Assembly: GCA_903871775.1 (NCBI GenBank)
Contig: CAIQIA010000020.1
Location: 26,087-90,086 of the forward strand
Length of the DNA: 64,000 bases
Direction: 5' to 3'
DNA from: an uncultured cyanobacterium
Lineage (GTDB): Bacteria > Cyanobacteriota > Cyanobacteriia > PCC-6307 > Cyanobiaceae
Position 1 is the stretch's first letter. The number at the start of each line of letters is the position of its first letter. Of this stretch, positions 21,557-32,713 are shown in pieces. Below the pieces are notes generated by a model. The model saw nothing but the letters and a program-made list of their open reading frames with translations, was not told the DNA's origin and ran no database searches. Position numbers and translations under genes: made by a program.

Positions 21557-21922
21557 TTACTTCTTCTTACCAGCGACGGTCTTGCGTGCGCCACGACGGG
21601 TGCGTGCGTTGGTTCGCGTCCGCTGGCCCCTGACGGGAAGACCCAGTCGGTGCCGGCGACCCCTGAGGCAGCCGATGTCCTGGAGCCGCTTCATGGCCAT
21701 CCCTTCCTGGCGACGGAGATCGCCTTCCAGGGTGTAGCCCTCAGCCGCCCCGCGCAGCTTCTGGATGTCGCTGTCGCTGAGATCCTTGACGCGGGTGTCA
21801 GGGTTGACCCCTGTCTGAGCCAGAATCTGCTGGGCACGGGTTAGACCCACGCCGTAGATGTAGGTGAGGGAGATCTCCACCCGCTTGTCGCGGGGGATGT
21901 CGACGCCGGCAATCCGAGCCAC
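21557..21922 (-). CDS. rpsM: 30S ribosomal protein S13 (GTG start)
   Basis: Within ORF 21557..22075, homology begins at GTG 21922: (V/M)[30 protein letters not shown]. The upstream codons are non-homologous. Confidence 0.92.
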   Translation of the reverse strand: MARIAGVDIPRDKRVEISLTYIYGVGLTRAQQILAQTGVNPDTRVKDLSDSDIQKLRGAAEGYTLEGDLRRQEGMAMKRLQDIGCLRGRRHRLGLPVRGQRTRTNARTRRGARKTVAGKKK

Positions 21923-22004
21923 TGGTGAAAAGTCGTAGGAACAAGGGCCAGGGTGGCCCGGGGGAAGGAGGGAGTCCGGGGAGGCTCCGGCCTTATGACA
22001 GGGC

Positions 22005-22118
22005 TCAGCCCTGCCGCTGCTTGTGTTTGGGGTTTGTGCAGATGACCATGACGCGGCCGTGACGTCTGATGACACGGCACTTGTCGCACATCCGCTTGAC
22101 CGAGGCGCGCACCTTCAT
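22005..22118 (-). CDS. rpmJ: 50S ribosomal protein L36 (37 aa)
   Basis: Too short for the ORF track. Manual translation gives [37 protein letters not shown] followed by a stop. Confidence 0.93.
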   Translation of the reverse strand: MKVRASVKRMCDKCRVIRRHGRVMVICTNPKHKQRQG

Positions 22119-22152
22119 CGGTCAGCTCTCCTGTTGACAAACGACAAGCCTA

Positions 22153-22710
22153 TCACGATGGCGATCCAAGGACCATCTCGACTTCCCTGGCCACCTCCTC
22201 AACGCTTCCATGGCTGGGAACCCGTGACAGCAGCCGCAGGGCTTCATAGTGCTGGATCAGCGGAGCGGTCTGTTCCCTGTACACGTTGAGCCGGTGCCGA
22301 ATCACCTCTTCGGTGTCATCGGTTCTGCCACGGTTCAGGAGCCGAGAAACCAGGGTCTCGTCGTCCAGTTCCATGAGCAGCACCCGCTGCAAGGGTTGTT
22401 CGAGGCCGCCCAGCAGGTCATCCAGTGCCTCTGCCTGGGCAAGGTTGCGAGGGAACCCATCCAGAAGCCAGCCTTTGGCATGGGTCTTGAGCCTTTCGCC
22501 AACGATGGCGAGCACGAGGGCATCGCTGACCAGTTCTCCCCTGGCCATGACCGCCTCCACCTGCTTTCCGAGATCCGATGCAGCCTTGACCTCGGCGCGC
22601 AGAAGATCACCGGTGGAAAGGTGCAAGAGCTGGTGGTGCTCTGAAAGTCGCTGGGCCTGGGTCCCCTTGCCGGCTCCGGGAGGGCCCAGAAAGAGAAGTC
22701 TGTGATTCAT
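22153..22710 (-). CDS. adk: Adenylate kinase
   Basis: LLFLGPPGAGKGTQAQRLSE (P-loop) and GDLLRAEV. There is an ATGA overlap with the secY stop. Confidence 0.95.
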   Translation of the reverse strand: MNHRLLFLGPPGAGKGTQAQRLSEHHQLLHLSTGDLLRAEVKAASDLGKQVEAVMARGELVSDALVLAIVGERLKTHAKGWLLDGFPRNLAQAEALDDLLGGLEQPLQRVLLMELDDETLVSRLLNRGRTDDTEEVIRHRLNVYREQTAPLIQHYEALRLLSRVPSHGSVEEVAREVEMVLGSPS

Positions 22711-24026
22711 TGGCGAACCATCCCCTCGTAACGTTGGGAAATAACATAAGTTTGTATCTGTTTGGCCGTGTCGATGGCGACGCCAACAAGAATCAGCAGC
22801 GACGTGGCTCCAAGGCCCTGAAATGTCTTGACGTTGGTCGCCCCTTCAACTGCCGCTGGGATAATGGCGACGGCGCCCAGGAACAGGCTGCCGAGAAGCG
22901 TCAGTCTGTTCTGAACACCAGAAATGTAATTGGCAGTTGCTGTGCCTGGCCTGACTCCAGGGATCGCCACCCCTCCCTTTTTGAGATTACTGGCGATGTC
23001 AACGGGATTGACAGTGAGGGTGGCGTAGAAAAAACCAAATGCTGTAATCAAGGAGAAAAATACGATGGCGTAAAGCCAAGGTGTGCTGCTGTTTGGATTG
23101 AGGTATCCTGCGACGCGGATCAGCCACTCACTCTTGGTCAGGTTCGCCAGTGTCAAGGGCAGGAAAATGACGGCTGACGCGAAAATGATGGGCATCACGC
23201 CCCCGGCATTCAGCTTGAGGGGCAAGTAACTCTGGCGCTCAGGAAGCAGCGCTCCTGATCCAACCTGGCGCTTGGCTGAGACAATCGGTATTCGTCGGCT
23301 CCCCTCCTGAACGCACACAATTCCCAGGATTGTCGCCATGAAGACCAGTGCCAGGATGACAATCCCGACGATGGTGCTTCGATCACCGCTTTGGGCCAGC
23401 TCAATTGTCGAGGAGAGTGCCTTTGGCAGGGTGGCAACAATATTCAGAAAAATGACCAATGAAGCCCCTTGGCCAATGCCACGCTCTGTAATCACTTCTG
23501 AAATCCACATGACCACCATGGCACCTGCCACCAGGGCCAGCGTGGTCTGCAAAACAAACACCGGCTCAGGGATCGACGAGATGCTGTATGGTCGCAGGAT
23601 CGTTGCAAAAACAAGGCTTTGGAGAATTCCCCAGCCCAGAGCTACATAGCGGGTGAGCTGAGCAATCTTTCTCCGCCCAGCCTCGCCTTCATTTTTCTGT
23701 AGATCTTCGAGGCTTGGTAGAGCTGCTGTGAGGAGTTGAATGATGATTGATGCATTGATGAATGGCAAGATGCCCAATGCAAATACGCCCAGCGCAGAGA
23801 TGCCACCGCCCGTAAAAATGTCGAGAAAGCCAATAAGTTGACCCCCCTGCTGAATGAACTGCTGGAACGCAACCCTGTCAATCCCAGGGACGGGGATATA
23901 AATCCCTAGCCTCACCACAACCAGCAGGGCCAGTGTTGTGAGCACCCGATCTCGTAACCCCTTGGCCTTGATCAGCTGCGTGATGATCTCGGTGGCTCTA
24001 GGTGTCCGGCCTCGACTGACAACCAT
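22707..24026 (-). CDS. secY: Preprotein translocase subunit SecY
   Basis: 439 aa with 10 TM segments. ALGILPFINASIIIQLL and RQSYLPLKLNAGGVMPIIFA are typical SecY sequences. Confidence 0.96.
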   Translation of the reverse strand: MVVSRGRTPRATEIITQLIKAKGLRDRVLTTLALLVVVRLGIYIPVPGIDRVAFQQFIQQGGQLIGFLDIFTGGGISALGVFALGILPFINASIIIQLLTAALPSLEDLQKNEGEAGRRKIAQLTRYVALGWGILQSLVFATILRPYSISSIPEPVFVLQTTLALVAGAMVVMWISEVITERGIGQGASLVIFLNIVATLPKALSSTIELAQSGDRSTIVGIVILALVFMATILGIVCVQEGSRRIPIVSAKRQVGSGALLPERQSYLPLKLNAGGVMPIIFASAVIFLPLTLANLTKSEWLIRVAGYLNPNSSTPWLYAIVFFSLITAFGFFYATLTVNPVDIASNLKKGGVAIPGVRPGTATANYISGVQNRLTLLGSLFLGAVAIIPAAVEGATNVKTFQGLGATSLLILVGVAIDTAKQIQTYVISQRYEGMVRQ

Positions 24027-24055
24027 TGCAGGATTGGATGATTGGGGTGGAATTG

Positions 24056-24508
24056 TCAGTCAGTAATTTCGCAACTACCGCCTGCTGCCTCGATCTTCTC
24101 CCTTGCTGAGGCTGAGAATGCAGCGGCTTGAACAGTTAGTTTGACCTTGAGTTCACCCTGCCCCAGGACTTTCAAGGGATGCTTTGGGCTGGTGACGATT
24201 CCTGCGGCTTCAAGGCTGCTCAGATTCACAATTGTACCGGCTTTCAGTTCGGAAAGTCTCCCGACATTCAGCACGGTGAAAAGCTTGGGATTAACGAGGG
24301 GAAAGTGCTTGAGTTTCGGCACCCGTCGGTAGAGAGGCATCTGGCCTCCTTCAAATCCTGGACGGGTTGGACGACCGGAACGCGATTTCTGGCCCCTCAT
24401 TCCGAAACCACAGCTGGCCCCTTGACCAGCTGCAATACCCCGACCTTTCCGGCGCTTGGCACGGCGTGCACCTTTTTGGGGTTGCAGGTTCTGCAGCGAG
24501 ATGCTCAT
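24056..24508 (-). CDS. rplO: 50S ribosomal protein L15
   Basis: Internal ATG 24508 of ORF 24056..24568. The product begins [45 protein letters not shown]. Confidence 0.94.
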   Translation of the reverse strand: MSISLQNLQPQKGARRAKRRKGRGIAAGQGASCGFGMRGQKSRSGRPTRPGFEGGQMPLYRRVPKLKHFPLVNPKLFTVLNVGRLSELKAGTIVNLSSLEAAGIVTSPKHPLKVLGQGELKVKLTVQAAAFSASAREKIEAAGGSCEITD

Positions 24509-24518
24509 GGTTTCAGGC

Positions 24519-25169
24519 TCAGGAATAAATCTGTTCAATTGTGATTCCCCGCTCTTTGGCGGTCTCATGGTGGGTTCTCAGGTCCCTGAGTGCCACCATT
24601 GCTGCACGCGCATTGTTGAGGGGGGTTTTGCTGCCAAGGCGCTTGGCCAGAACGTTCTTGATGCCAGCAAGTTCAAGAACGGTGCGGATTGATCCGCCTG
24701 CGATCACCCCTGTGCCGGGTGCCGCTGGGCGCATCAGGACACTCGCCGCACCATCACGACCAGTGCTCAGGGTTGGAATCGAGTGATGGCGTGTGAGGGG
24801 AACCTTGACGAGGTGTTTTTTCCCATCGGCAACGCCCTTTTTGACTGCGCCGATCACATCTCCTGCTTTGCCCACACCCACACCAACCTGACCTCGTTCA
24901 TTGCCAACAACGACGATGGCCCGAAAACTCATTTTCTTGCCACCCTTGACTGTCTTCGAGACGCGTCTGATCTGCACGACGCGCTCCTGCCACTCGGAAT
25001 CACGCTCTTGCTCGCGTCGGTTGCCCCGTCCGCGGCGATCGCCACCTCCACGGCGGTCGCCTCCGCGTCCACCACCTCCTCGGCGTTCTGATTGGCCGTC
25101 GGCTGCAGAAGGGACGTCTGCGGCTGAGGGCACGTCCTGGGACAGGACCTGGTCGTTGGTTTCGGTCAT
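24519..25169 (-). CDS. rpsE: 30S ribosomal protein S5 with an RGG-rich N-terminal extension
   Basis: [42 protein letters not shown]. The N-terminus contains [12 protein letters not shown] and an RGG-rich tract. Confidence 0.95.
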   Translation of the reverse strand: MTETNDQVLSQDVPSAADVPSAADGQSERRGGGGRGGDRRGGGDRRGRGNRREQERDSEWQERVVQIRRVSKTVKGGKKMSFRAIVVVGNERGQVGVGVGKAGDVIGAVKKGVADGKKHLVKVPLTRHHSIPTLSTGRDGAASVLMRPAAPGTGVIAGGSIRTVLELAGIKNVLAKRLGSKTPLNNARAAMVALRDLRTHHETAKERGITIEQIYS

Positions 25170-25179
25170 GGTTGTGTGT

Positions 25180-25545
25180 TCAGAATTCCAGGCCCGCTTC
25201 CCGGGCTGCCTCGGCCAGTGCTTTCACACGGCCATGGTACAGATTTCCTCCGCGGTCAAAGACGACTTTGATAACCCCTGCTGCAAGGGCACGCTTGGCG
25301 AGCAACTCACCAACGGCTACCGATGCTTCGCAACCTGCCCCGCTGCTGAGGCTCGTGCGCAGGTCCTTGTCAAGACTCGAGGCAGAGGCGACGGTGTGCT
25401 GGGCGGCATCGTCAATGACCTGTGCATAGATGTGCTCGTTGGAGCGATACACGGAAAGACGAGGGCGTTCGCTGGTTCCGACAAGATGACGGCGTAAACG
25501 CCTGTGACGACGCTGGGTCTGTTGTTTGCGAGAGGTGGCGGCCAT
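25180..25545 (-). CDS. rplR: 50S ribosomal protein L18
   Basis: [20 protein letters not shown]...[26 protein letters not shown]. Confidence 0.96.
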   Translation of the reverse strand: MAATSRKQQTQRRHRRLRRHLVGTSERPRLSVYRSNEHIYAQVIDDAAQHTVASASSLDKDLRTSLSSGAGCEASVAVGELLAKRALAAGVIKVVFDRGGNLYHGRVKALAEAAREAGLEF

Positions 25546-25575
25546 GGCAGTGAAGCGAAGGTACTGAGCGGGGCT

Positions 25576-26115
25576 TTATTTCTTGCCGGTCTTCCCGGCT
25601 TTCCGAAGGATTTTTTCACCCTCGTACTTGATGCCCTTGCCTTTGTAGGGCTCAGGAGGTCGAATGGCTCGAACCTTCGCAGCTTCGTTCCCCACGACCT
25701 CTTTGTCTGCTCCGGAGACGAAGATCTGAGTGTTATTTTCGACAGCAAAGGTGACGCCTTGGGGAGGCTCCACCTCAACTGGATGGCTGTAGCCAGCACT
25801 GACCACCAGCGTTTTGCCCTTGACAGCGGCTCGGTAGCCAACGCCAACGATCTCGAGCTTTCGCGTGAAACCCTTTGAGACACCCTCGACCATGTTGGCC
25901 ACGAGGGTCCGACAAAGACCATGGCGCTCTCTGGACCGTCGAGAGGCATCTGCGGCCTCCACCTTCAACTCAGCGCCATCCTGTTGGATCCTCACACCTT
26001 CCGGGAGGGTGCGGCTCAGTTCGCCTTTGGGCCCTTTGACAGTGACCGCCAAGCCTTGAATGCTGACGGAGACCTTGTCGGGAACGGGAATTGGATTTTT
26101 ACCAATGCGTGACAT
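25576..26115 (-). CDS. rplF: 50S ribosomal protein L6
   Basis: Internal ATG 26115 of ORF 25576..26145. The product begins [33 protein letters not shown]. Confidence 0.95.
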   Translation of the reverse strand: MSRIGKNPIPVPDKVSVSIQGLAVTVKGPKGELSRTLPEGVRIQQDGAELKVEAADASRRSRERHGLCRTLVANMVEGVSKGFTRKLEIVGVGYRAAVKGKTLVVSAGYSHPVEVEPPQGVTFAVENNTQIFVSGADKEVVGNEAAKVRAIRPPEPYKGKGIKYEGEKILRKAGKTGKK

Positions 26116-26129
26116 CTTTGGGGCCTCCT

Positions 26130-26531
26130 TTAATAGACATAGCATAGAACTTCACCGCCCACGCCTTCCCGGCGGGCGTCTCGGTCGCTCATGATCCCCT
26201 TTGAGGTGGAGATGATGGCAACCCCCAGTCCTCCAAGCACCTTTGGCAGCTCGCGCCGATTGCTGTAGATCCGCAAGCCGGGCTTGCTGACCCGCTGGAC
26301 AGAACGGATCGTCGGCTGACGCTGTTTGCCGTTGTACTTGAGGGAGAGGATGAGCTCTTTTCTCACCCCCTCGCCTTCTTCCAGGATTTCGGCGATGAAG
26401 CCTTCCTGCTGGAGAACTCTGGCGATGCTTCTGCTCATCCGAGAAGCGGGAACTCGCGTCGTCTGATGCCGCTTTTCGCAAGCATTGCGAATGCGGGTGA
26501 GCATGTCTGAGATGGGATCGTGATTGGCCAT
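26130..26531 (-). CDS. rpsH: 30S ribosomal protein S8
   Basis: [28 protein letters not shown]...GGEVLCYVY. Confidence 0.96.
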   Translation of the reverse strand: MANHDPISDMLTRIRNACEKRHQTTRVPASRMSRSIARVLQQEGFIAEILEEGEGVRKELILSLKYNGKQRQPTIRSVQRVSKPGLRIYSNRRELPKVLGGLGVAIISTSKGIMSDRDARREGVGGEVLCYVY

Positions 26532-26554
26532 AACGGTTTCCGGAATGAGGGCGA

Positions 26555-27094
26555 TCAGTTGCTGCGGAAAGGCATCCCCATCTCGCGGAGAAGGGCCCGA
26601 CCTTCGTCGTCGCTGCGTGCGCTGGTCACGATGGTGATGTCCATACCCCGAATGGAATCAATGGTGTCGAAAGAGATCTCGGGGAAAATGATCTGCTCTC
26701 TGATCCCCAGGGTGTAATTCCCACGTCCATCGAAGCTACGATCACTCACACCACGGAAATCTCTGATCCGAGGGAGTGCGAGGTGAATCAAGCGCTCCAG
26801 AAAGGAGTACATCCTGTCACCACGAAGCGTCACAGCAATGCCGATGGGCATTCCGGCGCGGATCTTGAAGCCGGCAATGGCTTTCTTTGCTCTGGTGACG
26901 ACTGGCTTTTGGCCTGTGATGGTGGCGATCTCCGCCAGAGAAGCCTCAAGGGCCTTGGCGTTCTGAGCTGCTTCGCCCAGGCCACGGTTGACAGTCACCT
27001 TGACAACCTTGGGAACTTGGTGAATGTTTGTAAAGTCAAGATCCTTCAGCAGTTTTGGCTGGATCTTTTCCCGGTAGTTGGTTTTGAGGGACAT
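26555..27094 (-). CDS. rplE: 50S ribosomal protein L5
   Basis: [25 protein letters not shown]...[16 protein letters not shown]. Confidence 0.96.
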   Translation of the reverse strand: MSLKTNYREKIQPKLLKDLDFTNIHQVPKVVKVTVNRGLGEAAQNAKALEASLAEIATITGQKPVVTRAKKAIAGFKIRAGMPIGIAVTLRGDRMYSFLERLIHLALPRIRDFRGVSDRSFDGRGNYTLGIREQIIFPEISFDTIDSIRGMDITIVTSARSDDEGRALLREMGMPFRSN

Positions 27095-27155
27095 GGTTGG
27101 CGGGGGATAGAGAGCCTCTGGTCGGTGTCAGGGGCGTTGAGGTTTGGTCCGGGAG

Positions 27156-27491
27156 TCAGTCAAGGAGCTCGCCTGTCTTTTTGAGACGACGTTTCTTGTT
27201 CCCATCCTTGTCTGTCACCAGTTCGACCCTGCTGGCAACTTTTTTCGTGGTGGAGTAAAGCATCACATTAGATGCATGGAGAGAAGCTTCTTCGGTGACG
27301 ATTCTGCCGCTTTCCCCTTCTTGAGTCGGTTTCACATGGCGTGTCCGCATGTTCACGCCTTGCACAACGACCCGGTTGTCGGAGGGAAGGGTCCGCAGGA
27401 CTTCACCGGTTTTGCCTTTGTCCTTGCCGGTAATCACTTGAACAGTGTCACCCTTCCGAATTCGCATCTTGACGCGTTCCTGGGCTTTCAT
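27156..27491 (-). CDS. rplX: 50S ribosomal protein L24
   Basis: [39 protein letters not shown] (KOW motif). Confidence 0.94.
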   Translation of the reverse strand: MKAQERVKMRIRKGDTVQVITGKDKGKTGEVLRTLPSDNRVVVQGVNMRTRHVKPTQEGESGRIVTEEASLHASNVMLYSTTKKVASRVELVTDKDGNKKRRLKKTGELLD

Positions 27492-27493
27492 CT

Positions 27494-27859
27494 TCAGATC
27501 ACCTCCGGAGCAAGGGATACGATTTTGGTGAAGTTGCGCTCACGCAGTTCTCTGGCAACAGGGCCGAACACGCGTGTGCCTTTTGGATTGTTGTCGTTAT
27601 TGATGATCACTGCGGCGTTGTCGTCAAACCGGATTGAGTTCCCGGTGTCACGGCGCAGGGTCTGACGGGTGCGTACGACAACTGCTTTTACAACATCGGA
27701 TTTCTTGACACCCATGTTTGGCATGGCGTCTTTGACCGCAGCCACGATGACATCGCCCACGTGAGCATAACGCCGATTCGTTCCAAGCACTCTGATGCAC
27801 TGGATGCGTTTGGCGCCGCTGTTGTCGGCGACATTCAGATAAGTTTCCTGTTGGATCAT
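27494..27859 (-). CDS. rplN: 50S ribosomal protein L14
   Basis: [26 protein letters not shown]... Confidence 0.97.
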   Translation of the reverse strand: MIQQETYLNVADNSGAKRIQCIRVLGTNRRYAHVGDVIVAAVKDAMPNMGVKKSDVVKAVVVRTRQTLRRDTGNSIRFDDNAAVIINNDNNPKGTRVFGPVARELRERNFTKIVSLAPEVI

Positions 27860-27869
27860 GATCGATTCC

Positions 27870-28124
27870 TCAACTTGTGTGTTGTGAGTTGGTCATGATC
27901 TCGGAGACTGTCCAGCGCTTTGTGCGGCTGAGAGGCCTCGTTTCGGTGATCTTGACCCTGTCCCCGACCTGACAACGATTGTCCTCATCGTGGGCTTTGT
28001 AGCGTGTGGTCCGGCTGACTGTCTTTTTGTAGATCGGATGGGGAAAGCGGTTTTCGACCGCCACCACAACCGTTTTGTCCATCTTGTCGCTGACGACAGT
28101 TCCAACCCGTTCTTTAATGGCCAT
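27870..28124 (-). CDS. rpsQ: 30S ribosomal protein S17
   Basis: [44 protein letters not shown]. Confidence 0.96.
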   Translation of the reverse strand: MAIKERVGTVVSDKMDKTVVVAVENRFPHPIYKKTVSRTTRYKAHDEDNRCQVGDRVKITETRPLSRTKRWTVSEIMTNSQHTS

Positions 28125-28138
28125 GGCGTTTTGGGTGC

Positions 28139-28351
28139 TCAGGGAGTGGTGGTTGACTGAAGCCGCTGCTGGCGGACGGTCAGCAGTTGAGCCAATCGCC
28201 GACGCGCCTCCTTGAAGCGATGTGGATGTTGCAACTGGCGCGTTGCCTGCTGAAAGCGAAGATCGAACAGCTCGCGACGAATGCCATTGATCTGTTCGTT
28301 GATGTCGCTGTCAGTCAACTTGCGCACTTCAGACATGTCAGGACGTGCCAT
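28139..28351 (-). CDS. rpmC: 50S ribosomal protein L29
   Basis: [33 protein letters not shown]. Confidence 0.93.
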   Translation of the reverse strand: MARPDMSEVRKLTDSDINEQINGIRRELFDLRFQQATRQLQHPHRFKEARRRLAQLLTVRQQRLQSTTTP

Positions 28352-28353
28352 GG

Positions 28354-28821
28354 TCAGGATTCCTCCTCAGACTGTGTGGTGACCAAATCGGGCTCGCTGG
28401 TCGCTTCCTCTTCCTTGACGATGAACTTTGTTTTGACCGGAAGCTTGTATTGCGCCAGACGCATGGCTTCCTTGGCCGTTTCTTCGGTGATCTCTGGACC
28501 GCCGATTTCAAAGAGGATCCGGCCTGGTTTAATCACGGCCACCCAGAACTCCGGATTCCCCTTGCCGGAGCCCATCCGGGTTTCAGCGGCTCGCATGGTG
28601 ACCGGTTTGTCGGGGAAGATGCGGATCCAGATCTTGCCTCCCCGCTTCGTGTAGCGGGTCATGGCACGACGGCTGGCTTCGATCTGACGGGAGGTGATCC
28701 AACCGCATTCCTGGGCCTGGAGGGCAAATGTGCCGAAGGCAATTGTGTTGCCACGTGTTGCGATGCCGCGCATGCGGCCTCGCTGTTGCTTCCGGAATGT
28801 GACGCGACGTGGACTCAGCAT
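28354..28821 (-). CDS. rplP: 50S ribosomal protein L16
   Basis: [36 protein letters not shown]... Confidence 0.96.
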   Translation of the reverse strand: MLSPRRVTFRKQQRGRMRGIATRGNTIAFGTFALQAQECGWITSRQIEASRRAMTRYTKRGGKIWIRIFPDKPVTMRAAETRMGSGKGNPEFWVAVIKPGRILFEIGGPEITEETAKEAMRLAQYKLPVKTKFIVKEEEATSEPDLVTTQSEEES

Positions 28822-28834
28822 GGTTCAGTTCTCC

Positions 28835-29563
28835 TCACTCCTCGTTGGAACGGTCTTCAAAGTCCTGGGCCCGTCGCGCTGTTTTACGGCGCGGAGCTGC
28901 ACCCACAGGCACTTGCTCCTTCTGGCCCGGCAGAACTTCACCCTTGAACACCCAGACCTTGATGCCCAGCACTCCATAGGTGGTGCTGGCCACCTTGGTG
29001 GCGTAATCAATGTCTGCCCTGAGCGTGTGCAGAGGGACACGTCCTTCCCGCGTCCACTCCGTTCGGGCGATTTCTGCACCATTCAGACGTCCACCGACCT
29101 GAATTTTCAGACCCAGGACGCCTGCACGCTGAGCTCGCTGCACAGCCATGCGAATCACCCTGCGAAACGCGACCCTTTTCTCGAGCTGCTGGGCGATGTA
29201 CTCAGCAAGGAGGTATGCGTCTGCATCAACCCTTTCGACTTCCACAACATTGATGCGCACCTGACGGCTGGCATCCCCGAGGGTGGTCTGAATGCCGACC
29301 CGCAGATCCTCAATGCCACTTCCCTGGCGACCAACCAGTACACCGGGGCGTGCGGTCTTCAGTTCGACTTCGATCTGATCGGCCTTGCGGGCAATGTGGA
29401 TGCTGCTGATCCCTGCAGATGCGTACTTCTTGTTGACGAACTTACGGATCCGCTCATCCTCCTGGAGGAGCGTGGGATAGGTGCGCGGTGGTGCGTACCA
29501 GCGGGAGCGGTGCTCCTGTGTGATGCCGAGCCTGAGGCCGGTCGGGTTGATCTTGTGTCCCAT
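28835..29563 (-). CDS. rpsC: 30S ribosomal protein S3
   Basis: [24 protein letters not shown]...[13 protein letters not shown]. Confidence 0.96.
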   Translation of the reverse strand: MGHKINPTGLRLGITQEHRSRWYAPPRTYPTLLQEDERIRKFVNKKYASAGISSIHIARKADQIEVELKTARPGVLVGRQGSGIEDLRVGIQTTLGDASRQVRINVVEVERVDADAYLLAEYIAQQLEKRVAFRRVIRMAVQRAQRAGVLGLKIQVGGRLNGAEIARTEWTREGRVPLHTLRADIDYATKVASTTYGVLGIKVWVFKGEVLPGQKEQVPVGAAPRRKTARRAQDFEDRSNEE

Positions 29564-29575
29564 GGTTTGGCGTCC

Positions 29576-29935
29576 TCAGGCGGCTTTGGGGGCCACACCT
29601 ATGGAGATGTGGCAGGTGGGTTTTTTGATCGCATAGGCGCGGCCCTGGGCCCTGGGCCGGAAGCGCTTCATGGAGGGACCCATGTCGGCACTGGCCTGGC
29701 TGATGACCAGCGTCGACGGATCCATGCCCATGTTGTGCTCGGCGTTGGCCACCGCAGAGCGGAGAACCTTGGTGATCGGACCCGTCGAGCGGTAGGGCAT
29801 GAACTCGAGCATGATCAGCGCCTCGCGGTAGGACACGCCTCGGATCTGATCCAGGACACGCCGCACCTTCGACACGGACCCTCGGACGTAGCGCGCATGG
29901 GCCAGGGCCTCGCGCTCAGTGGTTGCAGTGGCCAT
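29576..29935 (-). CDS. rplV: 50S ribosomal protein L22
   Basis: Internal ATG 29935 of ORF 29576..29992. The product begins [33 protein letters not shown]. Confidence 0.94.
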   Translation of the reverse strand: MATATTEREALAHARYVRGSVSKVRRVLDQIRGVSYREALIMLEFMPYRSTGPITKVLRSAVANAEHNMGMDPSTLVISQASADMGPSMKRFRPRAQGRAYAIKKPTCHISIGVAPKAA

Positions 29936-29936
29936 G

Positions 29937-30212
29937 TCAGCGAGCTCCTTTTTTGTCCTTGATGTGCCCCCGGAAGGAGCGTGTGGGGGCAAATTCGCCC
30001 AGCTTGTGACCCACCATCTGTTCTGTCACGTAGACGGGAACGTGGGCCTTGCCGTTGTGAACGGCAATGGTGTGCCCAATCATCAGGGGCAGGATCGTGG
30101 ATGCTCTGGACCAGGTCTTGATGACAGGTTTTTCGCCAGCAGCGTTGTTCTTTTCCAGCTTGCGTAGCAGGCTGTCGGCCACGAAGGGGCCTTTTTTGAG
30201 TGATCGTCCCAT
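29937..30212 (-). CDS. rpsS: 30S ribosomal protein S19
   Basis: [20 protein letters not shown]...[33 protein letters not shown]. Confidence 0.96.
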   Translation of the reverse strand: MGRSLKKGPFVADSLLRKLEKNNAAGEKPVIKTWSRASTILPLMIGHTIAVHNGKAHVPVYVTEQMVGHKLGEFAPTRSFRGHIKDKKGAR

Positions 30213-30247
30213 GGTGTTTCAGGAAGAAAGCGTGATCAGGTGGACCA

Positions 30248-31111
30248 TCAGGAGTCGCGGCCTCCACGGCTGCGCTTGGATGTCCGCCTCCGCTTGCGGA
30301 GAACGAACCGGTTGCTGGGTTTGTTCCTCTTCCGTGTCTTGAGGCCCAGGGCGGGTTTGCCCCAGGGCGTGACAGGTCCGGAACGGCCGATGGGCGCCCG
30401 TCCCTCACCACCACCATGGGGGTGGTCGCAGGGGTTCATCACACTGCCCCGCACTTCCGGTCGTCGGCCGAGCCAGCGTTTGCGGCCAGCCTTGCCCAGG
30501 CTGGTGTTGCGAACCTCGGCGTTCCCCACCTCTCCGAGGGTGGCGTAGCACTCACGCCGAACGAGGCGTACCTCTGTTGAGGGCAGCTTGAGGGCGACGT
30601 AATCGCCCTCCTTGGCCATCACCTGCGCGCTGGCACCGGCCGTGCGGACCATCTGACCGCCACGTCCGGCGTAAAGCTCAACGTTGTGGACGCTCGAGCC
30701 CAGGGGGATGGCAGACAGGGGCAGGGCATTTCCGGTTTCGATGGGTGCATCAGGGCCTGACACAACCTTTTGACCCACCTCAAGACCGGCAGGATGCAGG
30801 ATGTAACGCTTCTCGCCATCGCTGTAGTACAGCAGAGCGATCCGGGCGTTGCGGTTGGGGTCGTACTGGATGGCGGCCACGCGGGCGACCACGCCGTGCT
30901 TGTCCCGACGGAAGTCGACGAGGCGGTAGACCCGCTTGTGACCACCACCGCGGTGGCGGCAGGTGATCACGCCACGGTTGTTGCGTCCCTTGCGGCGGTG
31001 CCGGGAGACGACGAGACCCTTTTCCGGCTCCCGCCGGGTGATCTCGCTGTAATCGCTGACCACCCTTGTGCGGGTGCCAGGGGTGTATGGACGGAAGGTG
31101 CGGATTCCCAT
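30248..31111 (-). CDS. rplB: 50S ribosomal protein L2
   Basis: [21 protein letters not shown]...[19 protein letters not shown]. Confidence 0.97.
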   Translation of the reverse strand: MGIRTFRPYTPGTRTRVVSDYSEITRREPEKGLVVSRHRRKGRNNRGVITCRHRGGGHKRVYRLVDFRRDKHGVVARVAAIQYDPNRNARIALLYYSDGEKRYILHPAGLEVGQKVVSGPDAPIETGNALPLSAIPLGSSVHNVELYAGRGGQMVRTAGASAQVMAKEGDYVALKLPSTEVRLVRRECYATLGEVGNAEVRNTSLGKAGRKRWLGRRPEVRGSVMNPCDHPHGGGEGRAPIGRSGPVTPWGKPALGLKTRKRNKPSNRFVLRKRRRTSKRSRGGRDS

Positions 31112-31123
31112 GACAGATGCTCC

Positions 31124-31426
31124 TCAGGACTCAGGGAAAAGCTGGATGGTGTTGCCTTCCGCCAGGCGAACCACCGCCTTCTTGACTTGGGCGCGGTGGC
31201 CGGCGAACCGACCCACCCGACGGCTGCGCCGCGGCGGGTTCATGGTGCTGATGCCGATCACCTTGACGCTGAACAGCTCTTCGACGGCGGCCTTGATGGT
31301 GGGCTTGTCGGCCCGGGGGTCCACCTCGAAGGTGTACTGATTCAGTTCAAGGGCCCTAGTGGCCTTTTCGGTGATCAGTGGTTTGCGGATCACGTCCGCA
31401 AGCCGGTTGGTGAATCGTTCAGCCAT
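31124..31426 (-). CDS. rplW: 50S ribosomal protein L23
   Basis: [42 protein letters not shown]. Confidence 0.95.
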   Translation of the reverse strand: MAERFTNRLADVIRKPLITEKATRALELNQYTFEVDPRADKPTIKAAVEELFSVKVIGISTMNPPRRSRRVGRFAGHRAQVKKAVVRLAEGNTIQLFPES

Positions 31427-32054
31427 TGCCGTACACCTCCTGGATCTTCACAAGGGCGTCTTCGCTGATGACCAGCTTCTGGGCATTCAGCAGGTCGAAG
31501 ACGTTCAACTGATCGGCTCCGATCAGTTTGAGGTTGGGGAGATTGCGGACCGAGAGCCTGATGCTGTCAGGCAGATCAGCCAGGATCATCAGCACCCTCT
31601 GGTCGTCGGCGACTCCCCAGCGCGCCAGCGCAGCCACCACATCCCTTGTTTTGGGAGTGCTGAGCTGATCGGCGAAGGGTTTCACCACGATCAGATCCTC
31701 ATGGCGGCTCATCAGCGCCGTCCGCAGGGCCAGTCGCCGTTCCTTGCGGTTCATGGCGATGGAGTAACTGCGCGGCTTGGGGCCGAAGACGATGCCGCCA
31801 CCCGGACGCAGGGGAGTCCGGATGGACCCCTGACGGGCGCGGCCGGTGCCCTTCTGCTTGTAGGGCTTGCGTCCGCCGCCCCTGACCTCGGCGCGGGTCA
31901 GCGTGCTGGCCGTGCCCTGGCGGGCATGGGCCAGCTGCCGCACCACGGCGCGGTGGACAAGATCGTTGGCCGAGGCTTCACGGGCGACGGCAAGCTCAAT
32001 AGAGGCCTTGCCGCTTTCCTTGCCTTGCCAGTCGTGAACGATGCAGTTGACCAT
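31419..32054 (-). CDS. rplD: 50S ribosomal protein L4
   Basis: ATG 32054 ([13 protein letters not shown]) is preceded by [30 protein letters not shown] is present. An alternative GTG lies at 32069. Confidence 0.94.
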   Translation of the reverse strand: MVNCIVHDWQGKESGKASIELAVAREASANDLVHRAVVRQLAHARQGTASTLTRAEVRGGGRKPYKQKGTGRARQGSIRTPLRPGGGIVFGPKPRSYSIAMNRKERRLALRTALMSRHEDLIVVKPFADQLSTPKTRDVVAALARWGVADDQRVLMILADLPDSIRLSVRNLPNLKLIGADQLNVFDLLNAQKLVISEDALVKIQEVYGNG

Positions 32055-32065
32055 TGTGTCCTCCC

Positions 32066-32713
32066 TCACTTGGTGACCTTGTCACCCACCCGCCGGGCGG
32101 GTCGGATGCTGAGCAGGGCCCCGGGCTTGCCGGGAACGGATCCCTTGACCACGAGCAGGTTGTTCTCCTCGTCGACCTTCAGGATCAGCAATCCCTTGGC
32201 GGTGATCTGTGATCCCCCGTAGCGACCGGCCATGCGCTTGCCGGGGAACACCCGCCCAGGCGTGGTGCCGGCGCCGGTGGAACCAGGCTCGCGGTGGTTC
32301 TTGGAGCCGTGACTCATGGGGCCGCGGCTGAAGCCGTGGCGCTTCTGGTAGCCGGCGAAGCCGCGGCCCACCGTGTCACCACTGATGTCGACCTTCTGGC
32401 CAGGCGTGAACGTGGCCACGGTGACTTCGCCACCCGTCTGAAGACCGTCGGTTTCGCCGACGCGGTACTCCTTGAGGTGGCGAAGGGGCTCACTCCCCGA
32501 CTTGCTCAGGTGGCCCCGGGCAGGTCGGTTGACGAGCTTCTCGCGAATGTCACCGAAGCCGATCTGGACGGCGCTGTAGCCGTCAGTGGCGGGTGTCTTG
32601 ATCTGGGTGATGCGGCACGGGCCAGCCTCGATCACGGTGACCGGGACGGATCTGCCTTCATCGTCGAAGAACTGGGACATGCCCAGTTTCTTCCCAAGAA
32701 TGCCGATGGACAT
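32066..32713 (-). CDS. rplC: 50S ribosomal protein L3
   Basis: Internal ATG 32713 of ORF 32066..32854. The product begins [37 protein letters not shown]. Confidence 0.95.
   Translation of the reverse strand: MSIGILGKKLGMSQFFDDEGRSVPVTVIEAGPCRITQIKTPATDGYSAVQIGFGDIREKLVNRPARGHLSKSGSEPLRHLKEYRVGETDGLQTGGEVTVATFTPGQKVDISGDTVGRGFAGYQKRHGFSRGPMSHGSKNHREPGSTGAGTTPGRVFPGKRMAGRYGGSQITAKGLLILKVDEENNLLVVKGSVPGKPGALLSIRPARRVGDKVTK

Noticed and set aside
22119-22152. Absence of infA between adk and rpmJ, and absence of rpsJ upstream of rplC
   Set aside because: As far as I recall, this is the normal arrangement in picocyanobacteria (rpsJ sits with the str/tufA operon and infA is elsewhere). It is not a deletion.
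24990-25169. RGG-rich N-terminal extension and [12 protein letters not shown] duplication in ribosomal protein S5
   Set aside because: From memory, similar extensions exist in S5 of other marine Synechococcus. The two DNA copies differ at synonymous sites, so the duplication is old. It is not unusual for this lineage.
28821-28850. A ctcctcactcctc string reminiscent of the Yfr1 sRNA core motif
   Set aside because: It lies in the rpsC-rplP junction. On the coding strand it is simply the GGAG-rich ribosome-binding region for rplP.
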